Part shown: positions 18,668 to 27,573 of the stretch, piece by piece
Position numbering within the stretch: position 1 is the stretch's first letter
Layout: each line of letters begins with the position of its first letter
From: Candidatus Latescibacterota bacterium
GTDB taxonomy: Bacteria; Latescibacterota; UBA2968; UBA8231
DNA length: 64,000 nt
Direction of reading: 5' to 3'
NCBI GenBank assembly: GCA_965248355.1
Contig: OZ252098.1
Span: 3,040,001 to 3,104,000, forward strand
Program-made: the position numbers and the translations under genes
The notes under the pieces: generated by a model
The model's database searches: none
The model's input: only the letters and a program-made list of their open reading frames with translations
Told to the model about the DNA's origin: nothing

Positions 18668-19667
18668 GGCCGGCCGGGTTGGTCAGGGATACGAACACGT
18701 CCTCCAGAGTCGGTCGGACCAGGCCCATGCTGAGGACTTGCTGTCCCGCGAGGCCTTCGGCCCGCGCCAGCTCGGCCACACTGCGGATCGGCTCGCGGAC
18801 CCGCAGCCGGAGCGTGGTCATCGTGGGCTGCTGGTTCTCCGACAGCACACTCTCCACGAGGGGGTGGTCCCGCAGGGCCGCCAGTGCGCCGCTGGATCCG
18901 GTCGCCAGCTGCACCTCGACGATCCGGTTGTCTCCCACCTCGGCCCGCACCTCGTCCGGCGATCCCTCGAGCACCTTCCGGCCCTGGTGGATGATCGCCA
19001 GCCTGTCCGACAGTTCCTCGGCTTCGTGGAGATAGTGAGTCGTGTAGAGGATGGTGACGCCGTCGCGCCGGCACAGGTCCTTCAGCAGACTCCGCAGCGT
19101 GCGGGCCCCGTTCGGATCGAGGCCGATCGTCGGCTCGTCGAGCAACAACACGGGCGGCCGATGGACGAGGGACACGGCGATCGCCAGGCGCTGCTTCATG
19201 CCCATGGAATACCGCTCCACGTAGTTGTCGAGGCGGTCCGTCAAGCCCACGACATCGGCCACCTCCTCGATCCGGTGTCTCGCAGCGTCGCCGCGAAGTC
19301 CATAGAGGCCGGAGAAGTATTCCAGATTCTGCCGCCCCGTGATCTTCCAGTAGACGCTGCGCTCGCCCCGGATGGAGACCCCGATGCTGCGCCGTACCTG
19401 CCGCTGACGGGTGGCCACGTCGTGGCCGTTGATCCTGCACGTGCCTTCGTCGGGAAGCAGAAGAGTGCAGAGAACGCGGACCGTGCTCGTCTTGCCGGCG
19501 CCGTTCGGTCCCAGGAGGCTGAAGAACCGCCCCGCTTCCACCGTCAGGTGGAGATCGTCGATGGCGATCACCGGTTCCGTGTCGTAGCGGCCCAGGAACC
19601 GCCGCCACAGCGCCGGATTGCCGACGTTTTTCGTGAAGCGCTTTGTGAGTCCCTCGATCTCGATCAT
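18660..19667 (-). CDS. ABC transporter ATP-binding protein (DrrA-like exporter)
   Basis: GPNGAGKT, YSMGMKQRL, LLLDEPTIGLD, YTTH. Confidence 0.95.
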   Translation of the reverse strand: MIEIEGLTKRFTKNVGNPALWRRFLGRYDTEPVIAIDDLHLTVEAGRFFSLLGPNGAGKTSTVRVLCTLLLPDEGTCRINGHDVATRQRQVRRSIGVSIRGERSVYWKITGRQNLEYFSGLYGLRGDAARHRIEEVADVVGLTDRLDNYVERYSMGMKQRLAIAVSLVHRPPVLLLDEPTIGLDPNGARTLRSLLKDLCRRDGVTILYTTHYLHEAEELSDRLAIIHQGRKVLEGSPDEVRAEVGDNRIVEVQLATGSSGALAALRDHPLVESVLSENQQPTMTTLRLRVREPIRSVAELARAEGLAGQQVLSMGLVRPTLEDVFVSLTNPAGRG

Positions 19668-19727
19668 GCCTTCAGGATCGAGGGCGGGTTGGACAATGTC
19701 AACGAAGAGGACGATGGCCCGGGGGGC

Positions 19728-20831
19728 CTACTCCGCCGGCAGCTGGTACCCCTCCTTCATCACCTCGATCTTCGCCAGCACCGAGGCCTGGCCCTGGGAG
19801 CGGTCGCCGTAGGTCACGTAGAGGGTGTGGGACCGCTCGCCGCGGCCGAAGCCGACGTTGGTGGGCAGGGTCGGCGTGGGGATCCAGGCGCGCTCCTGGC
19901 CCTGGGGCGAGTAGACGTAGATGCCGGGGCGGGTCATGTCGCGCACGGCCACGTAGAGGTTGCCCTCGGCGTCGCAGACGAGGCCGTCGGGGCCGTCCTG
20001 GGGGGCGTAGTCGACCAGCACCTCGCGGAAGGAGGCCGAGCCGTCCTCGGCCAGGTCGTAGGCCAGCAGCGCCATGCGGCCCTTGGGCGGCGGCGGCTGG
20101 CCCGCGGGCAGGCGGTCGAAGGCGGGGCTGCCGTTGTCGTTGGATACGACGTAGAGGCTCTTCTGGTCGGGCGAGACGGCGACGCCGTTGGGCTTGCCGG
20201 CGTCGGAGATGATGCGGTTGATCGAGCCGTCGGGGTCGATGCGGTAGACGCCGAAGACCTCCTGCTCCATGGGCTCGTGGCCGAGGTACTTCGGGTCGGA
20301 GAAGTAGATGCGGCCCTTCTCGTCGATGGACAGGTCGTTGGGCGCGTTGAGGCGGTAGCCGTTGTAGTGGCTGGCCAGGATCACCGCCTGGCCGGTGGCC
20401 ATGTCGGTGCGCGTCACCCGGCGGCCGCCGTGGTCGGCGCCCTCGCAGGCCACCAGCCGCCCCCGGGCGTCGAACTTCAGGCCGTTGGACATGCCGCTCG
20501 GCGAGCGGAAGACCTCGGTGCGGCCGGTCTCAGGGTCGTAGCGCATGATGTGGCCGGCCTGGGGTGGGTCGCCGGAGACATGGGTGAAGGTGATGTCGCT
20601 GAAGTAGACGCGGCCGTCGGGGGCCACCGCCGGCCCCTCGCTGAAGAAGGCGCCGTCGTACACGACCTCGAGACGGGCCTCCGCGAGCAGGATGTCCGGG
20701 TCTCCTGCGTAGAGGTCGAGGCGCCGGATGTCCGGGTCTCCTGAGAGGGTTCCCTCCGCAAAGACGGCGGGAGCGGCGTGGGCGAGCAGGCCCGCGAGCA
20801 GGGATGTCACGGCGAGCAGTGATCGTTTCAT
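19728..20831 (-). CDS. SMP-30/gluconolactonase family protein with signal peptide
   Basis: MKRSLLAVTSLL signal; SEGP, SNGL, LNAPNDL, PNGVAVSPDQ, GPDGL, PTNVGFG. Confidence 0.92.
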   Translation of the reverse strand: MKRSLLAVTSLLAGLLAHAAPAVFAEGTLSGDPDIRRLDLYAGDPDILLAEARLEVVYDGAFFSEGPAVAPDGRVYFSDITFTHVSGDPPQAGHIMRYDPETGRTEVFRSPSGMSNGLKFDARGRLVACEGADHGGRRVTRTDMATGQAVILASHYNGYRLNAPNDLSIDEKGRIYFSDPKYLGHEPMEQEVFGVYRIDPDGSINRIISDAGKPNGVAVSPDQKSLYVVSNDNGSPAFDRLPAGQPPPPKGRMALLAYDLAEDGSASFREVLVDYAPQDGPDGLVCDAEGNLYVAVRDMTRPGIYVYSPQGQERAWIPTPTLPTNVGFGRGERSHTLYVTYGDRSQGQASVLAKIEVMKEGYQLPAE

Positions 20832-20856
20832 GAGGCTGACTCCTTGGCCCGGCGCG

Positions 20857-20990
20857 GGTCCGCTACCGGGGACGCGGACGGGCGATGGATCCGCCGTCCG
20901 GCGGATGTTGAAGAGCAGAGGCGGCGGTCTCGGAGGTCCGCACCGGGATGAGGCCGGGCGAGGGAACCGCCGTCCGGCGATGTTGAGAGG
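20857..20990. repeat. Degenerate tandem duplication (about 76-78 bp period) in an intergenic region
   Basis: GGTCCGCTACCGGGGACGCGGACGGGCGATGGATCCGCCGTCCGGCGGATGTTGAAGAG (20857-20915) versus GGTCCGCACCGGGATGAGGCCGGGCGAGGGAACCGCCGTCCGGCGATGTTGAGAG (20935-20989). Confidence 0.75.
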
Positions 20991-21056
20991 GGCGCCCCCG
21001 GTTGACAGAGGGGCCTCCGGTCGCCCAGCGGCTCGGCGCCGAGAGGCGAGGGGCAC

Positions 21057-21887
21057 TCAGGCCTCCTGCGCTCCGAGCCGTTCGAGCACCCGCCGCAGAG
21101 CCGCGGTGGCGATGGCGAAGCGCTCGGCGCCGGTGCCGCCGAAGTCCGGGTCGTCGGCCTTCAGGTGGGGCTCGATGGACAGGAAGCCGCTGAAGCCGCG
21201 GTCGAGAGCGTCGGCGAGCACGGCCTCCACCTCGCCGTCGCCGTGGCCGGCGGGGACCACGCGTCCGCTGTCGGCGACCTTGTCCTTGATGTGGAACCAG
21301 ATCACGTGGTCGGCCAGCCGCTCCCAGGCGGGCCAGGGCGGGCAGCCGCAGGTGACGAAGTTGGCCGGGTCGAAGAGGGCGCGAAGGTGGGGATCGCCCA
21401 CCGATTCGATCAGGTCGGCGCAACGCTCCGGGGCGTCGCCGTAGATGCCGCTCTCGTTCTCGTGGACCAGGGTGATTCCGGCCCCGGCGGCGGCGGCCGT
21501 CATGCGCCGCATCTGGTCGAGGACCTCGCCGCGCACCTGCTCCGCCTCCTCGCCCTCGTGGCGGAAGGAGAAGACGCGCACGAAGCGGCAGCCGAGCTGA
21601 TCGGCGCGGCGCAGGGCGATCTGGAAGCGGGCGAAGTGGGCCTCCAGGTCGGAGCGGATCGGCGTCTTGCCGATGGGCGAGCCCACGCTCGACACCCCGA
21701 TGCCGGCGGCCTCCAGCCTCCGGCGGAAGGCCAGGGCCTCCTCGTCGGACAGGTCGAGGACGTTGCGGCCGCCCACGCCTCGGACCTCCACGTGGCCCAC
21801 CCCGGCGGCCAGCAGGCCGTCGATCTGCTCCCCGCCGTCGGCGGCGATCTCGTCGGCGAAGCCGGTGAGGGTGACGGGCCCCCTCAC
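21057..21887 (-). CDS. Sugar phosphate isomerase/epimerase (xylose isomerase-like TIM barrel)
   Basis: LTGFADEI, GSPIGK, HENESGIYGD, FDPANF, HIKD, SIEPHL; GTG overlaps the upstream stop. Confidence 0.88.
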   Translation of the reverse strand: MRGPVTLTGFADEIAADGGEQIDGLLAAGVGHVEVRGVGGRNVLDLSDEEALAFRRRLEAAGIGVSSVGSPIGKTPIRSDLEAHFARFQIALRRADQLGCRFVRVFSFRHEGEEAEQVRGEVLDQMRRMTAAAAGAGITLVHENESGIYGDAPERCADLIESVGDPHLRALFDPANFVTCGCPPWPAWERLADHVIWFHIKDKVADSGRVVPAGHGDGEVEAVLADALDRGFSGFLSIEPHLKADDPDFGGTGAERFAIATAALRRVLERLGAQEA

Positions 21888-23107
21888 GGCGACCCCTCCG
21901 GCGGCCACGGGTCGAGGCAGGCGCCGCTCGGCGAGGGGCCGGTGGGCCGCCAGGGCAGCTCGTCGAAGGACCGGTAGGCCACGTCGAGCCAGGGGGTCTC
22001 CAGGCGGATGTGCCCCTCGTAGCGGGAGGTGAGCGCCGCCTCCAGGACGCCGCTGGTCAGCAGGGTGCGCTCCACCGGGTACTGGGGCCGGCCGCTGAGG
22101 AACATCTCCTCCACGTTGAGGCCCAGGTAGCTGAAGTGGGCGTAGGCGCCCTCGGTGCCGCCGTGGCCCTGGCACTTGAACCAGGTGGATTCCACCTCGC
22201 CGCCGGTGCGCCGGGAGGCGTAGGCCAGCTCGCTGAGATAGCCGTTGAGCATGACCACGGCGCCGCGGAAGCCGTCGCGGTACTCCATCAGGAAGAGGGC
22301 CGGGTTGTCGCAGTGCTCCTCCATGTCGCCCTCCTGGCGTCCGTCCCCGATCACGGTGGCGCAGGCCGCCCCGGCCAGCTCCCGCCACCAGGCGCCCTCG
22401 CCGCGGCCGTGGGCCCAGGCCGCCTCCCCCTCCAGGCAGGTGACGGCGGCGACGCCGGTCTCACCGCCGCCGCGGCGCTCGGCCATGCACTGCAGCACCT
22501 CCAGGGTGTGGAACCCGTAGATGTCGAGGCCGGAGAAACCCACGGCCACCGCCTCCTCCAGCGGCGCGTCCAGCTCGTGCTCGAGGAAAGGGTCGCGCCA
22601 GCACACGGGCAGGGAGGAGCCGGCCATGAAGGGGGCGCCCAGCTCGGCGGCGCGCTCGTACATCCACAGGGCGTCCTGCCAGCGCCACGACAAGTGCTTG
22701 TCGTTGAAGACCGGCGCCGCCCGCCCGCTGGTGGAGAAGACCCCGCAGATCTGCTCCATGAAGTAGCGGCGCGGGAAGAGGTGCTGCTCCTTCTCGTTCC
22801 ACGCGTAGTCGCCGTGCTCGCCGATGAGCAGCACCCCGTCCACGGCCAGCTCCCCGCCGCCCAGGGTCAGGGCCTGCACGATGCTGCCGTACACGGGCAC
22901 GCCGAAGGCCTCGGCCGTGGGCCGGCCGATGTCGTTCTCCGGCACCTGGTCCAGGTAGACGGAGACGATGCGCGAGCGCGGCGCGACGAGTCCGTCGTCG
23001 GTGGGGAAGCCGCGCAGGTACTTGCCGATGATGACGTCGGCGTGCGACCGCGGCCGGTACTCGGTGATCACGGCGGCGATCCTGGGGCTCTCGGTCCCTT
23101 GGCTCAC
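21884..23107 (-). CDS. Conserved hypothetical protein, divergent Gfo/Idh/MocA-like oxidoreductase
   Basis: SHADVI, VDGVLLIGEHG, VFNDKHL (EKP-equivalent), MAGSSLP, YGFHTLE; fold assignment is inferred. Confidence 0.6.
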   Translation of the reverse strand: MSQGTESPRIAAVITEYRPRSHADVIIGKYLRGFPTDDGLVAPRSRIVSVYLDQVPENDIGRPTAEAFGVPVYGSIVQALTLGGGELAVDGVLLIGEHGDYAWNEKEQHLFPRRYFMEQICGVFSTSGRAAPVFNDKHLSWRWQDALWMYERAAELGAPFMAGSSLPVCWRDPFLEHELDAPLEEAVAVGFSGLDIYGFHTLEVLQCMAERRGGGETGVAAVTCLEGEAAWAHGRGEGAWWRELAGAACATVIGDGRQEGDMEEHCDNPALFLMEYRDGFRGAVVMLNGYLSELAYASRRTGGEVESTWFKCQGHGGTEGAYAHFSYLGLNVEEMFLSGRPQYPVERTLLTSGVLEAALTSRYEGHIRLETPWLDVAYRSFDELPWRPTGPSPSGACLDPWPPEGSP

Positions 23108-23126
23108 GGGCAGTCCTTTCTCTGTG

Positions 23127-24080
23127 TCAGGAAGCGGCGAGCGCGGCCAGCAGGGCGCGCAGGTAGCCGATGGAGTAGGCCAGGCCCTGGTGCACGCCCT
23201 CGCCGTCGCCCTCCACCTTGGGGATGTGATCGGGGTTGATGCAGCCGTCGAAGCCGACGCGCCGCAGCTCGAGGAGGATCTTGAACATGTTGATGTCGCC
23301 GTCGTCGAGCAGGGTCTCCTCGAAGGCGCCGGCCGTGGCCAGGGAGCCGCGCACGTTGCGCATGTGCAGGGTGAAGAGACGCCCCTTGCGGCCGTAGTTG
23401 TGGATCTCGTCCAGGATCAGGGAGCCGCCCCCGGCCTCGGCGCGGGTGCCGCAGCAGTAGAGGTAGCCCACCTGGCGCGACGGGAAGGCGTCGATGATGC
23501 GGTGGAAGCCCAGGGCGCCGAAAGGGGTGTCGACGTTGGGCACGTCCGAAGGGTGCATGGCGAGGCGGATGCCGCTCTCCTCGGCGATCGGCACGAGGCG
23601 CTCGTAGAGCTTCAGGAACCGCTCCCACCAGCGCTCCAGCGCCTCGCGGTCCGGCGCCGGGTCGGGGTCCCTGGCCAGGCTCTCCCCCCGGGAGCGGTAG
23701 CCGCCCCGGTGCACGGCGCGGTAGCGGCTCATGAGCCACGGGAAGGTGTCGCCGGCGATGCGCTGCCGGGCGATCGGCGCCCCGGCCTCGGCGAAGGCCT
23801 CCAGGGCCCGGCAGCTGTTGTCCAGCTCGCGTTCGGCGCCGGCCCCCCCGGAGATGAACTCCTCGGTGATGTCGGGCAGGGTGACGCGGTTGATGTCGAG
23901 CCCGAAGTCGCGGACCCGGCGGCGGATGGACCGCACCTGCCCGGCGTCGGGATAGCCCTGCCCCTTCACCCCCGGCCAGAAGTCCCCCTGCCCGAAGTCG
24001 AGGCAGTCGGCGCCGAGCTGGGTCACGAGGCGCAGGTAGGGGTCGGTGAGGTCGCCGTGCCAGACGGAGATACGTATCAT
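23127..24080 (-). CDS. Mannonate dehydratase (UxuA)-like protein
   Basis: PIAEESGIRLAMHPSD, YCCGT, HMRNVRG, FEETLLDDGDINM, PDHIP, AYSIGYLRAL. Confidence 0.82.
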   Translation of the reverse strand: MIRISVWHGDLTDPYLRLVTQLGADCLDFGQGDFWPGVKGQGYPDAGQVRSIRRRVRDFGLDINRVTLPDITEEFISGGAGAERELDNSCRALEAFAEAGAPIARQRIAGDTFPWLMSRYRAVHRGGYRSRGESLARDPDPAPDREALERWWERFLKLYERLVPIAEESGIRLAMHPSDVPNVDTPFGALGFHRIIDAFPSRQVGYLYCCGTRAEAGGGSLILDEIHNYGRKGRLFTLHMRNVRGSLATAGAFEETLLDDGDINMFKILLELRRVGFDGCINPDHIPKVEGDGEGVHQGLAYSIGYLRALLAALAAS

Positions 24081-24189
24081 GGAATCATCCTGAATGGGTA
24101 AATGTCGGCCGTGGAATGCGGAATAATGGGAGCCCCGTGCCTCTCCGCAACCCCGGGGGTTTGGTGACCCTGACTCTGGAGGAGGCAGA

Positions 24190-26259
24190 ATGACAAGCAC
24201 GCGTGCGTATCGGATCGCAGCCGCTTTCCTGGCGTGGCTGATGCTCCAGGGACAGGTTCCGGGCTTCGCCGAGACCAGGGAGGACAGGATCTACTTGGCG
24301 GACATGGACGGGATCTACTGGTCCAACCTGAAGGAAGGCACCACGCAACGCATCATCACTGCTGATAAGAGGCGGCCCGGCAAGATCGCCGTCGACGCTG
24401 CCGGAGGGAAGATCTACTGGGTCGACAGGAGGGGCGGGACGATCTGGCGGTCTGATTTTGATGGCTCGAACAGCGAGCAACTCCCTGGGGACTGGGGTGG
24501 ATCAGAGGCGATGGACATCGCCTTGGATCTGAGAGCGAGTAAGATCTACTGTGCTGGGTTATACTACGATGGAGGATACTACGGGGAGGTCTATCGAGCC
24601 AATCTGGACGGCTCCGAATTTGAACGCTTGTTGGACAGGAGCGACGCCAAGCTCCTGGCGTTGGACACGCTAAGGAAACACATGTACTTGGGAGATCTGG
24701 GGAGCATCTATCGCGTTGATCTAAGCGGTTCCGGCCGCGAGGAGGTTCTCGAGGTTCTCTCGGAAGAATACTCTCCCATCGATATTGCACTGGACATGGT
24801 CGAGAACAAGCTCTATTGGACGAGGTCAGATCGTTCCATTTGGAGATCGAACCCGGACGGCTCGGATGTTGAAGACATCCTGAGGCTGGGCGATTATCCT
24901 GTGGACATCGCTCTTGACCCTGATGAAGGCAAGATGTACTGGAGCTTTGATGGCCCATACTTCGGAGGCCTCATGCGGGCCAACCTTGACGGTTCAGATG
25001 TGGAGGATCTTGTAGTACGGGAACGGGTGGAGGTGGTTGGGCTCGCCCTCGACTTGGAGGGGCGCAAGGTCTATTGGTCCGAAGCCCGAGGCACCATTCA
25101 TCGAGCCGATATGGACGGCACCGATGTCGAGGATTTCTTCGCCCCCATTGTGAGAGACCCCTACTCCGTGGCGATGGACCCGGGGGACGGGAGGATCTAC
25201 TGGAGTGACCTGCTGACGGGGTCCATCCAGAGAGCTGGCCCGGATGGCTCCGGCCTTGAGATCGTGATCGGGGGCTTGAAGAGCCCCAGGGGCGTCCTGT
25301 TGCGTGGAAACAGACTCTACTGGGCGGATCCGGGATGGGAGAATCGCAGAGCAGGCATGATCCAATCTGCCAAACAGGACGGCTCCGATAGGGAAACCAT
25401 AGTCAGAGGGAACCTGAACCCTGACCAGTTGGCCCTGGATCTGACTCATCGCAAGATCTACTGGACAGAGTCGGGAAGATCCCTGATCCGTCGAGCCGAT
25501 CTGGATGGAACCGATATCGAGGATTTTCCAGTCGGGGCTATTCCTAGGGGCATCGCCCTCGACGTTGTCAGGGAGAAGATGTATTGGACATGGCAGTCAG
25601 GCCCCCTTGGGGGGGCAACGGGAATCAGCCGCTCCAGCCTGGACGGTACGGACATCGAGGTCGTTTCCATCGACGATGCGCTCTTCTCCGATGATGACTG
25701 GCACCGCCAGTTCTGGCACTTCAGGGCTGTGGCCCTGGACCCGGCGGGCGGCAAGATCTACTGGAACTCCCTGCACTGTCCACCACCCGGTCCTGACGAA
25801 CTACCCAGTTGCAGCCTGAGGGCCTATCGAGCCGACCTTGACGGGTCAACCGCGGAGGAAGTGGCGTGGCTGACCGGCTACATGGGGTATGAACAACCAG
25901 GGCTCAGGGTTTGGCCTCCTTATTTCGTGGGAAACGCCCTTGCCCTGGACCTGTCCCACCGGACCGCGGTATCAACCCGGAACAGCGTTCCCATCTCCAC
26001 CACGCTCCGCCGCAACCACCCGAATCCCTTCAACGGCTCCACCCTGATATCCTACACCCTCGCGGCCCCCGGACCTGTCTCCCTCATCGTCTACAACACT
26101 CTGGGCCAGCCCGTCCGGACCCTCGTCGACCAGGTCCAGGCTCCCGGCCTCTACAGCGTACCCTGGCAGCCCGCCGAGGCCCTGGCCAGCGGCGTCTACC
26201 TCTACCGTCTGACCACCCCCGCTGCCGTCCTGACCCGCAGGCTCGCCCTCCTCCGTTGA
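24190..26259 (+). CDS. Secreted LDL-receptor class B (YWTD) repeat protein with C-terminal FlgD/T9SS-type tail
   Basis: Signal peptide; about 12 repeats of IALD...K[IM]YW...I.R.[ND]LDG[ST]; C-terminal NHPNPFN...VYNTLGQPVRTL...SGVYLYRL. Confidence 0.9.
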   Translation: MTSTRAYRIAAAFLAWLMLQGQVPGFAETREDRIYLADMDGIYWSNLKEGTTQRIITADKRRPGKIAVDAAGGKIYWVDRRGGTIWRSDFDGSNSEQLPGDWGGSEAMDIALDLRASKIYCAGLYYDGGYYGEVYRANLDGSEFERLLDRSDAKLLALDTLRKHMYLGDLGSIYRVDLSGSGREEVLEVLSEEYSPIDIALDMVENKLYWTRSDRSIWRSNPDGSDVEDILRLGDYPVDIALDPDEGKMYWSFDGPYFGGLMRANLDGSDVEDLVVRERVEVVGLALDLEGRKVYWSEARGTIHRADMDGTDVEDFFAPIVRDPYSVAMDPGDGRIYWSDLLTGSIQRAGPDGSGLEIVIGGLKSPRGVLLRGNRLYWADPGWENRRAGMIQSAKQDGSDRETIVRGNLNPDQLALDLTHRKIYWTESGRSLIRRADLDGTDIEDFPVGAIPRGIALDVVREKMYWTWQSGPLGGATGISRSSLDGTDIEVVSIDDALFSDDDWHRQFWHFRAVALDPAGGKIYWNSLHCPPPGPDELPSCSLRAYRADLDGSTAEEVAWLTGYMGYEQPGLRVWPPYFVGNALALDLSHRTAVSTRNSVPISTTLRRNHPNPFNGSTLISYTLAAPGPVSLIVYNTLGQPVRTLVDQVQAPGLYSVPWQPAEALASGVYLYRLTTPAAVLTRRLALLR

Positions 26260-26311
26260 GTATCCCGCTGCCATCGGACCGCCGCAGGGTCGAGCCGTCG
26301 AGACGGCCCGC

Positions 26312-26738
26312 GTGAGCCGCCGCCGGGACTACCCCTTCGAGATCGAGCTCGAGGTGCGGGACTACGAGTGCGACCTGCAGGGCGTCGTCAACAACGCCGT
26401 GTACCTCAACTACCTGGAGCACGCCCGGCACCGGTATCTGCTGCACGCGGGGCTGGACTTCGCCCGCCTCCACGAGCAGGGTTGCGACCTGGTGCTCATG
26501 CGGTCGGAGGTCGACTACTTGGCCCCGCTCAGGTCGGGGGACCGCTTCGCCGTGGCCTCGCGCCTGGGGCGCGGCGGGCGGGTCCGCTGGATCTGCGACC
26601 AGGAGATCTTCCGGCTGCCCGGGGGGCGAGGCGGTGGTGCGGGCGCGCATGGAGGGGACGGGCGTCATCAACGGACGGCCGCGGCTGACGCCGGAGGTGC
26701 AGGCCCTGCTGGAAAAGGCCGAAGAGGCCCGCCCGTGA
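26312..26738 (+). pseudogene. Acyl-CoA thioesterase (4HBT/YbgC-like) with a frameshift in a G run
   Basis: VRDYECDLQGVVNNAVYLNYLEHAR; removing one base at CCCGGGGGG (26618-26626) gives the natural end EAVVRARMEGTGVINGRPRL...EARP* at 26736-26738. May be a sequencing error. Confidence 0.8.
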
Positions 26739-26755
26739 GCGCGTGGCCGACGGCC

Positions 26756-27517
26756 TCAGATGCACCCGGGGATCGAGCGTCCCCGGGCGAGGATGGCGTC
26801 GCTGCGGCCCTCGCCGGTGAAGCGGCAGCGGGCGCTGACGTAGTGGGTGGCGTAGCCCCAGCGCCGCAGGCCGGTGGCGTTCGGCCGGCTGCTGTGGAGG
26901 ATGTGGCCGTGGTGGAAGCTGCAGTCGCCGGGGGCCAGCTCCACGGGGCGCTCCTCGGGAAGCTCGCCGGCCAGGGAGCGGCGCTCGAATTCGCGCCAGC
27001 GGTCCTGCTCGATCCAGCCGTGGCGGTGGGTGCCGGGCAGCATCCACATGCAGCCGTTGGCGATAGTGGCCTCGTCCAGCGCCGCCCAGCAGGTGACCAT
27101 GCGGTCGGGCGGGTCCACATGGAACCCGAGGGGCTGGTCCTGGTGGTAGGCCTGGCGCGAGCCGATGCGGGGCGGCTTCATGAAGAGCTGGTCCTGGTAG
27201 AGCTTGATGTCGGGGCCGAGAAGGGCCTCCACGCAGTCGAGGATGCGGGGGTTCAGGGCGTGGGCCCGGAAGACGTCGTCCGCGAAGGCGACGTGGCTCA
27301 TCTTTCTCAGAGAGTCGGCCCGGTCGTCGGCCTCGGCCTCGCCGCCGGCCGCGGCGGGCTCGAGCTGGAGCCAGGCGGGGTCGACGTGGGCCGCCTCTCC
27401 GCGCGAGATCAGCTCCGCGCGGGTCTTCATGACTTCCACCTCCGCCGGCCCGAGGAGATCGCGGACGATGAGGACACCGTCCTCCCGGAACTGCTCTGTC
27501 TGTCCCTCTGTCAGCAT
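26756..27517 (-). CDS. PhyH family dioxygenase
   Basis: FREDG, MKPP, YHQD, WAALDEATIANGCMWMLPGTH, LHSSRPN. Confidence 0.92.
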   Translation of the reverse strand: MLTEGQTEQFREDGVLIVRDLLGPAEVEVMKTRAELISRGEAAHVDPAWLQLEPAAAGGEAEADDRADSLRKMSHVAFADDVFRAHALNPRILDCVEALLGPDIKLYQDQLFMKPPRIGSRQAYHQDQPLGFHVDPPDRMVTCWAALDEATIANGCMWMLPGTHRHGWIEQDRWREFERRSLAGELPEERPVELAPGDCSFHHGHILHSSRPNATGLRRWGYATHYVSARCRFTGEGRSDAILARGRSIPGCI

Positions 27518-27573
27518 GACTCTCTCCCCAAAGTGGCGGGGAAGATAGACCCCACCCGCCGCAGGTCCATCCC

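Noticed and set aside
16959..19667. ABC-2 exporter as part of a RiPP/bacteriocin cluster
   Set aside because: No precursor peptide or modifying enzymes adjacent.
24300..25900. Regularly spaced repeats that could suggest a CRISPR array
   Set aside because: They are degenerate protein-coding YWTD repeats; there are no identical DNA repeats with unique spacers and no cas genes.
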